The position numbers were made by a program, and so were the translations under genes. A DNA stretch of 64,000 bases, from contig CAXWPJ010000002.1 in assembly GCA_963664115.2 (NCBI GenBank), positions 832,001 through 896,000 on the forward strand, in the 5' to 3' direction. Each line of letters opens with the position of its first letter. The stretch's first letter is position 1. The notes beneath the pieces are model-generated. The model was not told the origin of the DNA and ran no database searches. It was given only the letters and a program-made list of their open reading frames with translations. Below, one piece after another: positions 30,693 to 38,985 of the stretch. Source of the DNA: Terriglobia bacterium (GTDB lineage Bacteria > Acidobacteriota > Terriglobia > 20CM-2-55-15).

Positions 30693-32864
30693 TTATTTGG
30701 CGAGTGGGTCGGGACGAAGCTGGAAGTGCATCACTTTGCTCGTCGTCCCTTTGCCGCCCTCCATGTGGAAGGGTGTCCGGGTGCTCACGGTCGACCAGAG
30801 TCCCTTGCCTTTCCAGCCGATGTTCGGATCGTCGATACGCCCATCCATCCATTTTGTATAGAACCCTAAGGGATAAGGGACGCGAAGAATGACCCATTCG
30901 CCGTCCTTGAGCGCCAGTAGTCCTCCGGACGCATTGCCCGTGTTGATCGGCACGTTTGCGCCCAGCCCGAGCGTATCGAACTGATCGACCCAGGTGTAAT
31001 AGCTGGACTCGGCGCTCCCGGAATCCGTGACCCCCTTCATTTGCGGTAGAGGCTCCGTATAGAAGGTCCACCCTTCCGGACAGTGTTGCCCGGTCGCCGC
31101 CGGCCCGTTTAGCGGTCCCTCGCATTTGCGACGATCAAAACTGGCAAGATGTCCGCTGGCCAGAGCGGCCCAATAGACACCGTTGCGGTCCACGTCTCCT
31201 CCACGGGGTGAAAATCCCTGAACGGGGACTTCCGGGCTGTCCAGGGGCAGCTCGTACACTTCCGCGAGCGCGGTCTCCGGCGGGTTCGTCCCCGGATCCA
31301 GCCGTACGACAGCGCCTGGAAAGTCGAGGGCCGTTCCCCAGACCGAGCCGTCGGGTGCCGGGGAAACGGCGTAGAAGGCCCGGCCGAATCGCGTGTCCTT
31401 GGCGGGATCGGGCGCTTCGTCGGGTTCTACATACGCGTCTCTCCGGCCGTTGCCGTTCGTGTCCATGATCAGGGCGGTCCAGCCCTGCGACCTCTGCTCA
31501 TCGCCGGTCTCCTCGAACATCCGGGTGTTCAACCAACCGACGACCTGGCCGCCACCGCTGGTCCAGAGCGTGTTGTCGGCGTCCTCGGCGAACATCAGGT
31601 GGTGTGTGCCGAAACAAGTACTGATATGGGTGAGCTGTTCAGTTTCCTGGTTGTACATGGCGAGGTGCCGTCGGGCGCCCTCGAGCGGGAACAACTCGGC
31701 CGACGGATGATCCGATCCTTCCCTGCAAAAGTCCGGATTATCGGAGGGGCGCACCGACGAGGTGATCCAGACCTGGCCTTTCTCGTCGATCATCGGATTG
31801 TGGACGTTGTTCTTGCTGTCCCAGAGAACCTCATCGCCCCAGTACGGCGAAGGCTCAGGCATCCTTGGCGATGTCGCCGGTGTCTCCGGGTCGCGGACTG
31901 TCAAGGCCGCCCGGCTTGCAGTGTGGGTCACCGGATCCAGAATGGGGAGATAGTCCGCGCTGAGTTCAAGCGCTCCGTATATGGGTCCGTAGGCATTGAC
32001 CGTGGGGTTACGCCTGTCGGTCGCGACCTGGTCATGGAGGTAGTCGGTCGGGTCGGCCCAGTCCCACTGAGTGATGACGATGTTGCGTTCCTCGCCTTGG
32101 GGTCGGGGTGGTTGGGTGGGCAGCTCGCCGGCCCCGATGCGGTCGGTCCAGTCCGCGAACATCTCGAGCGCCCGCCCTCGGCCAAGCCGGTTAACGCCGT
32201 TGTTCATCCCGCCGCCAGCCTGTCCGGACTGTATACGCCGGTCCCAAGCGGCCACTGAGGAATCAAAAGTGCCGAGGCTGTCCGGTATCTCGCGGGTCGC
32301 CTTGTTGCCCAGTTGATGACAGGCCATGCAGCCACCCGACTTCACATACCTAAGCCATTCGGCCTGGCTTCTGATATTCATCGAAATGCCGTTGCCATCG
32401 GGCCCGGTGCCGGGGAACTCGCTCTTGTCCGGCGGCTGGAGCAGAGAAAACCAGTAACCGGCCGGATAGTATTCCGCCGCCGCACGAGCATCCGGCGCCT
32501 GCACCGAGGTCAGGTTCACGATCCGGCCCGGCGCGGTCTGAATCTTTGGCGAATCCACCAAGCCGTAGCCACGTACCCAGACGCTGTAATCCGCATTCGG
32601 AAGGTCAGGCAACAGGTAGCGACCCTGGTCATCGGTGACCACGATCTTGACGAACTTGGTGGGTAGATCCATGGTTTCCGCGATCACCCACACACCCGCT
32701 TCCGGCCCGTTCGCGCCCGTGACAACGCCACCGAGGTCGTCATTGTCGATGTCGACCGCCTGGGGCGTGACTTGGCCAGCGCTCATCCCGACCGGCGATG
32801 CAGCCACCAGCACCGCGCCGAGGACGGCTACAATGCCGAAACCCACCATTGTTCTCATCGTCAT
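30693..32864 (-). CDS. Secreted carboxypeptidase-regulatory-like domain + monoheme c (CxxCH) + beta-propeller protein
   Basis: GPEAGVWVIAET, VVTDDQGRYLLPDLP, VWVRGYGLVDS, CMACHQLG, C-terminal FQLRPDPLAK; SD AAGGAG before ATG 32864. Confidence 0.85.
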   Translation of the reverse strand: MTMRTMVGFGIVAVLGAVLVAASPVGMSAGQVTPQAVDIDNDDLGGVVTGANGPEAGVWVIAETMDLPTKFVKIVVTDDQGRYLLPDLPNADYSVWVRGYGLVDSPKIQTAPGRIVNLTSVQAPDARAAAEYYPAGYWFSLLQPPDKSEFPGTGPDGNGISMNIRSQAEWLRYVKSGGCMACHQLGNKATREIPDSLGTFDSSVAAWDRRIQSGQAGGGMNNGVNRLGRGRALEMFADWTDRIGAGELPTQPPRPQGEERNIVITQWDWADPTDYLHDQVATDRRNPTVNAYGPIYGALELSADYLPILDPVTHTASRAALTVRDPETPATSPRMPEPSPYWGDEVLWDSKNNVHNPMIDEKGQVWITSSVRPSDNPDFCREGSDHPSAELFPLEGARRHLAMYNQETEQLTHISTCFGTHHLMFAEDADNTLWTSGGGQVVGWLNTRMFEETGDEQRSQGWTALIMDTNGNGRRDAYVEPDEAPDPAKDTRFGRAFYAVSPAPDGSVWGTALDFPGAVVRLDPGTNPPETALAEVYELPLDSPEVPVQGFSPRGGDVDRNGVYWAALASGHLASFDRRKCEGPLNGPAATGQHCPEGWTFYTEPLPQMKGVTDSGSAESSYYTWVDQFDTLGLGANVPINTGNASGGLLALKDGEWVILRVPYPLGFYTKWMDGRIDDPNIGWKGKGLWSTVSTRTPFHMEGGKGTTSKVMHFQLRPDPLAK

Positions 32865-33179
32865 GTCAGATCTCCTTTTTGCTGTCGCCCCGCTGGGCCA
32901 AGGTACATCGATCCAGCTGTTTCGGGGGAGCAAGTCACGTGTCTGTTGCGGGCGTCACTTCTCCCCTGCCCCGAATCGAGTGCGTCGGTTCAGTTACTGG
33001 GGACGAGTGTTGTGCCTTTCGCAAGGGCCAGAACTCTCCACCCCACGGCTCTCGTTCGTAAAGTGAGAAACTGGAGAAAGTTTATAGAACGAGCGGGTTG
33101 GAAGCAACGATTCGTCGACTCCCGACCAGGGGATTTATTAGCTCACGGAGCATCGCTGGCGCTGCACACACAGGCCCCG

Positions 33180-34109
33180 TCAGCGGCCCGCCTCGGCGCG
33201 TTCCCTGGCAAGCTGTGCTTGAAAATCGCGTTCCCGTTGTTCGAGACTCTCCCGGCATTCTTGCGGCGCATAGAAGGGATTCGGTTGCTCGCCCTCGAGC
33301 AGGCGGTTCATCTTGTCAATTAATCCAAAGCCTTCCGTGTGTCCCTCTGTGAAGAAATCGCAGGACAGTTGCCTCGCTCTCCGCAGCGTGTCGGCATAGT
33401 CTTCGGCGATGGTGGGCCAGTCGGCGTTGTTCACGAATGGCTGCCGGACTCCTCCAATGCCGCCCCAGAACACGAAGGTGTAGTCCTGGCCGCCATCTTC
33501 CACCATCATTGTCCACGTTGTTGCGCCGCGGGTGTGGCCGGGAAAGACGTGAGCCGTCAGGGTCGTGCCGCCGAGCGTCACTGTGTCACCGGTGCGGATG
33601 ATGCGATCCGGTTGCACCGGCTGGTAGCGCGTTCTTCCATCGGTGCCCACCCCGCCGCCTTCGGCCAGAGTTGCGCCGTCGGCTTCCGACATCACCACCT
33701 GCGCGCCGGTGAGTTCTTTCATCAGGACATGCGCTTCAATGTGGTCCGCGTGAGCGTGGGAGTTCAGCATAATTTCGATGTCGCTCATGTTGAAACCCAA
33801 CTCTTCCACATTCTGACGGATCCAGGGAGCGTCCCGCTCGTAGGTGCTGTCGATCAGAATGTGACCTTCGGGCGTCGTGATCAGGAACACTGTCATATCC
33901 GTCCCACCGACGTAATGAATGTTTCCGACGATCTTGAAAGGCGTCACTTTTTCGCTGATACGCCGTCCATCGGGGCCCCGCTCCCCGCCCTGGGCGAACC
34001 CCAGCACGGCAGAGAACGCCAGCGGTATGAAAAGCACTGCCCGAAATAAGGTCCGGGACCGCCTCGTACTACGATTGTTTCGAATCTCATAACGTTTCGA
34101 ATACACCAT
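33180..34109 (-). CDS. Subclass B3-like MBL-fold metallo-hydrolase
   Basis: PFKIVGNIHYVG, LITTPEGHILID, SHAHADH, PGHTRGATTW. Confidence 0.9.
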   Translation of the reverse strand: MVYSKRYEIRNNRSTRRSRTLFRAVLFIPLAFSAVLGFAQGGERGPDGRRISEKVTPFKIVGNIHYVGGTDMTVFLITTPEGHILIDSTYERDAPWIRQNVEELGFNMSDIEIMLNSHAHADHIEAHVLMKELTGAQVVMSEADGATLAEGGGVGTDGRTRYQPVQPDRIIRTGDTVTLGGTTLTAHVFPGHTRGATTWTMMVEDGGQDYTFVFWGGIGGVRQPFVNNADWPTIAEDYADTLRRARQLSCDFFTEGHTEGFGLIDKMNRLLEGEQPNPFYAPQECRESLEQRERDFQAQLARERAEAGR

Positions 34110-34165
34110 TCACCTCCTGAAACTCACTCATTTCGCGAGGGGTCGCACACAGCGCCCTTAACCAT

Positions 34166-34195
34166 GTCGATTTAGTCTCCGTCGATTTAGTCTCC
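34166..34195. repeat. 15-bp tandem duplication spanning the stop codon of the upstream MBL gene
   Basis: GTCGATTTAGTCTCC x2. Confidence 0.8.
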
Positions 34196-35713
34196 GCCAA
34201 CGATCCTCATGAAGTCCGTGTGATTTCCTGCCTGCCCGTGTATGCCGACATGACGCTCCACATCCAGATTCAGACGCTGGATGTTCTCATACAGACTCCG
34301 CATGTTCGCGTTGGCGGACGGAGGCTGCGCCCCCGGTGCCGGCGGCGAGTAAAGGTCTGCGTTCACTACAATCTTCTCCGTCGGGAGATAGGCAATCAAC
34401 ATGTTTGCGTTGTGATCGAGACCCTGCATGGCGTAAAGGTCCATCGTCCGTGTTCCGTCGCTCAACACGTACTTGTCCGTCACCGTTTGCAGAGTGGCCG
34501 ATCCTCCAAATGTGGTTCGTATCGGGTACAGGGCCAACCTGTCGGGTTCCAGCGTCCGAGGTGACGGATAGAAGACCACTTTTTCGTAGTATTCACGATT
34601 GCCCTCGTGCGTTACGACGGTCGCGGCTTCGGTCAAGTAGGTGCGAAGTCCACCCGAATGGTCAGCGTGGTGGTGTGTATTCACGACGTAGCGAATCGAC
34701 TTGTCGGGAACGAGCCTGTTCACTTCCGCGATCACCGCGAGAGATCGTCCCTCGTTCAGGGGAGCCTCGACAACGACCACGAAATCGCTGAACTCGACGG
34801 CCACGCTGTTGTGCGATCCACCGCCAACCAACCAGACGCCGTCCGCCAAGAGTCGCGATTCTACGCGGACAGGTGGGACGGTGGCCTGGGCCACCCCGTC
34901 AGGGATCGTGAGAGCGGCCACGCTTGGGTTCACCTGCACGTTGCTCACATCGACCTCGTAAAAATCATGGCCGTCATCCAGATATCGATTCCCTCGGTGC
35001 ACATGAATGTCAGCGGGAAATTTCACGCCATCGTAATCCCGGTAATCGCGGTAGCGGTGTTCGTACAGCATGTCCCCGAGGACGGGATCGGGAATCCATG
35101 TTTGCACGTTTTCAACGAGATTCTCGTCATTGATCTGGCCACTGACCCGGTACTTTCCGAGCGCTGTAAAGGAAACAATGGTCATTTTCCGGCTGACACC
35201 AGTCACCCCATCAAATTCCGTTCGTGAAATTGCGCTTGCGTTTCCAGCTGCCATCGCTGCTTTGAGAAAACCGTGGGGTGTGAGCCAGATGTCGAGTTGC
35301 CGAATCTCCGCAGCCCCTGGTGCAGGATTCGAATTGCTGCCCTGCATGTCCCAGGCATAGTTGCCGCTGATCACGGATGTCCGCTGCCGTTCTCCCTGGA
35401 TCGGCATTCGCCCGCCACCGCGGGCTGGATAGTCCCCCTGGATCACAGTGACTTCCTCTTTTGAGGACGGTGCTTCGTAGTCAATGGTTCGCATGTAGCG
35501 GGTCAGCTCAACCCGCGGGTAGTTCTCCCCCGGTGCGAAACTCTGGCCCACTGCTCCGACCCATCCGTCAGTCCCAGAGTACTGGATGGAATTCAGATTA
35601 CCCGCGCCCATAGCCGCTGACGCGGCCTCCAGGGCTTGGGTGGCATCCTGGGCCGATGCGGGCAGGACCATGAGGGTCGATAAAATAATCAGGAATAATA
35701 GACTTCGTGCCAT
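34187..35713 (-). CDS. Secreted MBL-fold hydrolase with N-terminal extension
   Basis: Signal peptide; GGSHNSVAVEF, VVEAP, NTHHHADHSGG; SD GGAGG before ATG 35713. Confidence 0.88.
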   Translation of the reverse strand: MARSLLFLIILSTLMVLPASAQDATQALEAASAAMGAGNLNSIQYSGTDGWVGAVGQSFAPGENYPRVELTRYMRTIDYEAPSSKEEVTVIQGDYPARGGGRMPIQGERQRTSVISGNYAWDMQGSNSNPAPGAAEIRQLDIWLTPHGFLKAAMAAGNASAISRTEFDGVTGVSRKMTIVSFTALGKYRVSGQINDENLVENVQTWIPDPVLGDMLYEHRYRDYRDYDGVKFPADIHVHRGNRYLDDGHDFYEVDVSNVQVNPSVAALTIPDGVAQATVPPVRVESRLLADGVWLVGGGSHNSVAVEFSDFVVVVEAPLNEGRSLAVIAEVNRLVPDKSIRYVVNTHHHADHSGGLRTYLTEAATVVTHEGNREYYEKVVFYPSPRTLEPDRLALYPIRTTFGGSATLQTVTDKYVLSDGTRTMDLYAMQGLDHNANMLIAYLPTEKIVVNADLYSPPAPGAQPPSANANMRSLYENIQRLNLDVERHVGIHGQAGNHTDFMRIVGGD

Positions 35714-36067
35714 AGCACCCTCCAAAAAAGTTCTGACTCCTGCCAGAACGTCTCGGCTCCTGGCAGCATTTCCAAACTGTTGTTCGACCTCGCAGTCACC
35801 GACCCGACATCTCCGCAACCCATAGTGCTGGATTCGATCGAATTGGTCTGTCTAAACGGAACGTGAAATAGGTTGGAGAGAGTCTATATAACGAACGGGC
35901 CGGGAAGCAATGAAATGTCAACGCCCGACACGATGATATGTCAGGGCTTTAAAATCATTTTCAGGGTCGAGACCGACCGCCTGCTAGGATAAGATCGACG
36001 GTAGCCGATTTTTCTTTACGATCCAATATCCACATGTCTATGCTCTTTTGAAGCCCCTTTGAAGCCG

Positions 36068-36766
36068 ATGAAAGCCACGATCACATCCATAGCACTGGCC
36101 TTGTTCCTCCCTGTAAGCACGCTGTCTGTTCATGCTCAGAATCAGACACGAATGGAAAGGAACGCTGCCGCTAGGCAACAGAGAATCCGGGAAATGGAAC
36201 GCATGGCTGACTTAAACGTAGCCGCACGAATTTTTGCGGAGATGGACCTGGAGGCTGTTGCCCGCCTGGGAGGAATCAGTCCATTCGGTAGAAGAAACGG
36301 GCTGGATTACGAAGATACTTCAGTGGACAGAGGGTTCAATCTGACTTTCAATTATTGGTTCACACCCGCTGGAAGGGCCCGGTATGCACAGCTTCAACAA
36401 GAGCGTTTTGAGGAAAACGTAGAGAAGTTTTCAGAACTCGGGAAAGAAGACTGGATTGGTCAGTATGATTCGGTTTCAGACCGATCGGTGCGCCGAGAAT
36501 TTGAGAAGCGGGCGGATGATTTGGAGAATGTTACCGACGACATGATCAAGTTCTTGAAGTGGAAGTTTGACACGGAACCAATCGAGGTTGCAGAAGCGGC
36601 CGAGGAAACTGTAAGACGCAGGTTAGTGCAGATCAAACCGATGGCGGAACAGATATTGGGAACAATATTGACGGTTACAGATGGCAGCATTCCAATCGAC
36701 GAGTTCGTTAGAATGCAGGAGAACTTAGCAGAAATCCACGCACTCAGTCGAATCTTGCAGGACTGA
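36068..36766 (+). CDS. Secreted, mostly helical hypothetical protein
   Basis: Signal peptide ending VHA-Q; long ORF with charged helical composition; no recognisable motif. Confidence 0.65.
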   Translation: MKATITSIALALFLPVSTLSVHAQNQTRMERNAAARQQRIREMERMADLNVAARIFAEMDLEAVARLGGISPFGRRNGLDYEDTSVDRGFNLTFNYWFTPAGRARYAQLQQERFEENVEKFSELGKEDWIGQYDSVSDRSVRREFEKRADDLENVTDDMIKFLKWKFDTEPIEVAEAAEETVRRRLVQIKPMAEQILGTILTVTDGSIPIDEFVRMQENLAEIHALSRILQD

Positions 36767-37132
36767 GAGTCCTCGACCCGACCCGATAATCGCAGAACTC
36801 GGCTCTGGCCCGAGCATCATTGAAACTCGTCTTTTTCTCAAATTCCGTTATCGAAATTGTCGCGGTAGGAACACTTCTCAAGTCCTGCCCAGTTTCGCGC
36901 CGCGCCGATTCCGATCAACGCTAACGATTTTTCATTTATCTCTACAATTATCACTAAATGTTCTGAGTCGGTCGACCGATAAAAAAAGTACAGACGGTTA
37001 GACAGGGCCACAGAAACCCGTCGGTATTAAAAAAGAGGACCAACATTTCGAAGCGGTAGTGTGCTCCTACCGTTTTTCCTTTGGTCGCCATCCGGATGAG
37101 CCCATTTCCAATCAATTTAGGTTGAGGAAACT

Positions 37133-38287
37133 ATGGCCAACGAAAAACATCTCGAAGTTCTGAAACAAGGAGTCGGGGCTTTGAATAGGTGGCGGTGGAA
37201 GCATCCGGGGGGTCTGCTGAACCTCAGGGACGCGAACCTCTTCAAGGCGAAGCTATATCGCGCAAACCTCAGTCACGCGAACCTCAGCCGCGCGAATCTC
37301 GAAGCAGCGAAGCTGCACCACGCGAACCTCAGCGAAGCGAAGCTCAATGCGGCGAAGCTATACGACGCGGACCTCAGCGACGCGGACCTCAGTCGCGCCA
37401 ACCTCGAAGCAGCGAAGCTGTACCACGCGAACCTCACCGGCGCGGACCTCAGTCGCGCGGATCTCACCGGCGCGAACCTCACCGGCGCCAACCTGGTCGA
37501 TACGAAGCTGGTAGGGGCAGACCTGTGCGGGACGAAACTGGAATACGCACTTCTGGGGGAAACGATCTTCAGCAATACCCGGCTGGTGGACACGGAAGGT
37601 CTGAGTGCGTGTAAGCATGTTTTTCCTTGCACGTTGGATCACAGGACCCTCATTAAATCAGGCGAATTGCCGACGGAGTTTACCCGCGGTTGTGGCCTTC
37701 ACGACTGGCAGGTCGAGTCGGCGAAGTTGCTGAACCCAAAGTTGACGCCACGGGAAATCACAGAGATCGTCTTTCGAGTCGACGCACTGCGTTCGGAATC
37801 GCGGATAATCCCTACAAACTTGTTCATTTCCTATTCGCACTGGGACGCAAAATTCGCAGACCATCTTCAGGATTCATTCAAAGAGAGACGGATTCTGTCT
37901 TGGCGGGACGCACACGAAGAGCCAGCAGGCCCACTCGACAAGATCGTTAGTCGAGCTATGCGAGACAATCCCACGGTTCTGCTCGTTCTTTCAGAACGCT
38001 CCGTGGAAAAGGATTGGGTGAAAATTGAAGCCAGGAAGGCACGGGAGTTGGAAAAAGACTTGGGTCGGCACGTCTTGTATCCGATCGCGTTGGACGATTC
38101 CTGGAAGACCTCTGCGTGGTCTTCAGTGATGCGCGGTCAGGTCAAGAAGGCCAACGTTCTGAATTTCTCGCAATGGGAAAAACCCGAGGCGTTCTGTGAG
38201 GTGTTGAACAGGCTACTGTCTGGGATTGAGGTGTACAACTCGGAGAATGATGGGGACGCTATCATCCCACCAACGTGTGCTGCATAA
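37133..38287 (+). CDS. Pentapeptide-repeat + TIR domain protein
   Basis: A(N/D)LxxA(N/K)L repeats; C-terminal LFISYSH...LLVLSERSVEKDWVKIE...LYPIALDD TIR_2 motifs; SD GAGG. Confidence 0.9.
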   Translation: MANEKHLEVLKQGVGALNRWRWKHPGGLLNLRDANLFKAKLYRANLSHANLSRANLEAAKLHHANLSEAKLNAAKLYDADLSDADLSRANLEAAKLYHANLTGADLSRADLTGANLTGANLVDTKLVGADLCGTKLEYALLGETIFSNTRLVDTEGLSACKHVFPCTLDHRTLIKSGELPTEFTRGCGLHDWQVESAKLLNPKLTPREITEIVFRVDALRSESRIIPTNLFISYSHWDAKFADHLQDSFKERRILSWRDAHEEPAGPLDKIVSRAMRDNPTVLLVLSERSVEKDWVKIEARKARELEKDLGRHVLYPIALDDSWKTSAWSSVMRGQVKKANVLNFSQWEKPEAFCEVLNRLLSGIEVYNSENDGDAIIPPTCAA

Positions 38288-38336
38288 TCTCCCGAAAGCA
38301 CTTTTCTCAGTTTTCTTCACGAAACTTTGCCTCCTT

Positions 38337-38372
38337 TTGAGGACCCTTCTCAAGTTGAGGACCCTTCTCAAG
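38337..38372. repeat. Two tandem 18-bp units, each an internal palindrome TTGAG-N7-CTCAA
   Basis: TTGAGGACCCTTCTCAAG x2. Confidence 0.8.
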
Positions 38373-38534
38373 CTGTCCGGAAGATCCCTCCCGGGCATCA
38401 TAAAGCGCCATATTTTTTAAATCAAAGAAAGAACGAACTATGTTGCCCCCCCAAAGCGGACTCGTCGCCGTCTGCTGGGTGCTTCCTCGCCAAATTCAAC
38501 GAATACGGAACTGAAATCAACAGGCATATCCAAA

Positions 38535-38726
38535 TATATGGCCGATTATTTGGAAATCGCCGACAGTCGCTTGTTTCCTTTCTGGGCAGGGCTCACCCAG
38601 ACCTTGTAGACCGGCCGTCCCCAGAACGAGGACAAAGGTTCGGGTCCGCAGATATTCGACAAGCCACATCGCGACCCTGATCATCTGGAGCAGTACATGC
38701 GGGCGATGAGTGCCTGGAACTTCGGA
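38535..38726 (+). pseudogene. Internal remnant of an O-methyltransferase (Methyltransf_2-like) gene
   Basis: YMADYLEIADSRLFPFWAGLTQTL*TGRPQNEDKG...DPDHLEQYMRAM; TAG at 38607-38609; matches recalled RLYPFWxxLTEALRTGxPQNE motif. Confidence 0.6.
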
Positions 38727-38956
38727 CGGGCAACTCTCCGAACCCCCACTCATAACGGATTGATTGACCTCAACGCCAGCCCTTTCGTGATTCCAGTTCT
38801 GATGGACGTTAACTGAGCGCCTCGATACGAATGGATACGAAATTGTCGGATTCGTAGCGACGTCACACATTCCTGTCGGTTCAAACCGTTCCGTTGTAAC
38901 TGTACGAATCGCGCCCTGCCCTTGAGATCCAATCACTTGCAGTAGTTCCCGCTCAG

Positions 38957-38972
38957 TGGCATGCCCCTTGCA
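38957..38972 (+). promoter_or_regulatory. Sigma54 (-24/-12) promoter of the nitrate assimilation operon
   Basis: TGGCATGCCCCTTGCA = GG-N10-GC, near consensus TGGCAC-N5-TTGCW, 13 nt before nasA ATG. Confidence 0.85.
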
Positions 38973-38985
38973 TTAGCTAAGGGTC

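Noticed and set aside
33180-34109. Bona fide antibiotic-resistance beta-lactamases (also 3906-4724)
   Set aside because: B3-like fold motifs alone do not establish beta-lactam hydrolysis; no mobile context
34166-34195. Target-site duplication of a mobile element
   Set aside because: The two 15-bp copies are directly adjacent with nothing between them; slippage is the simpler explanation
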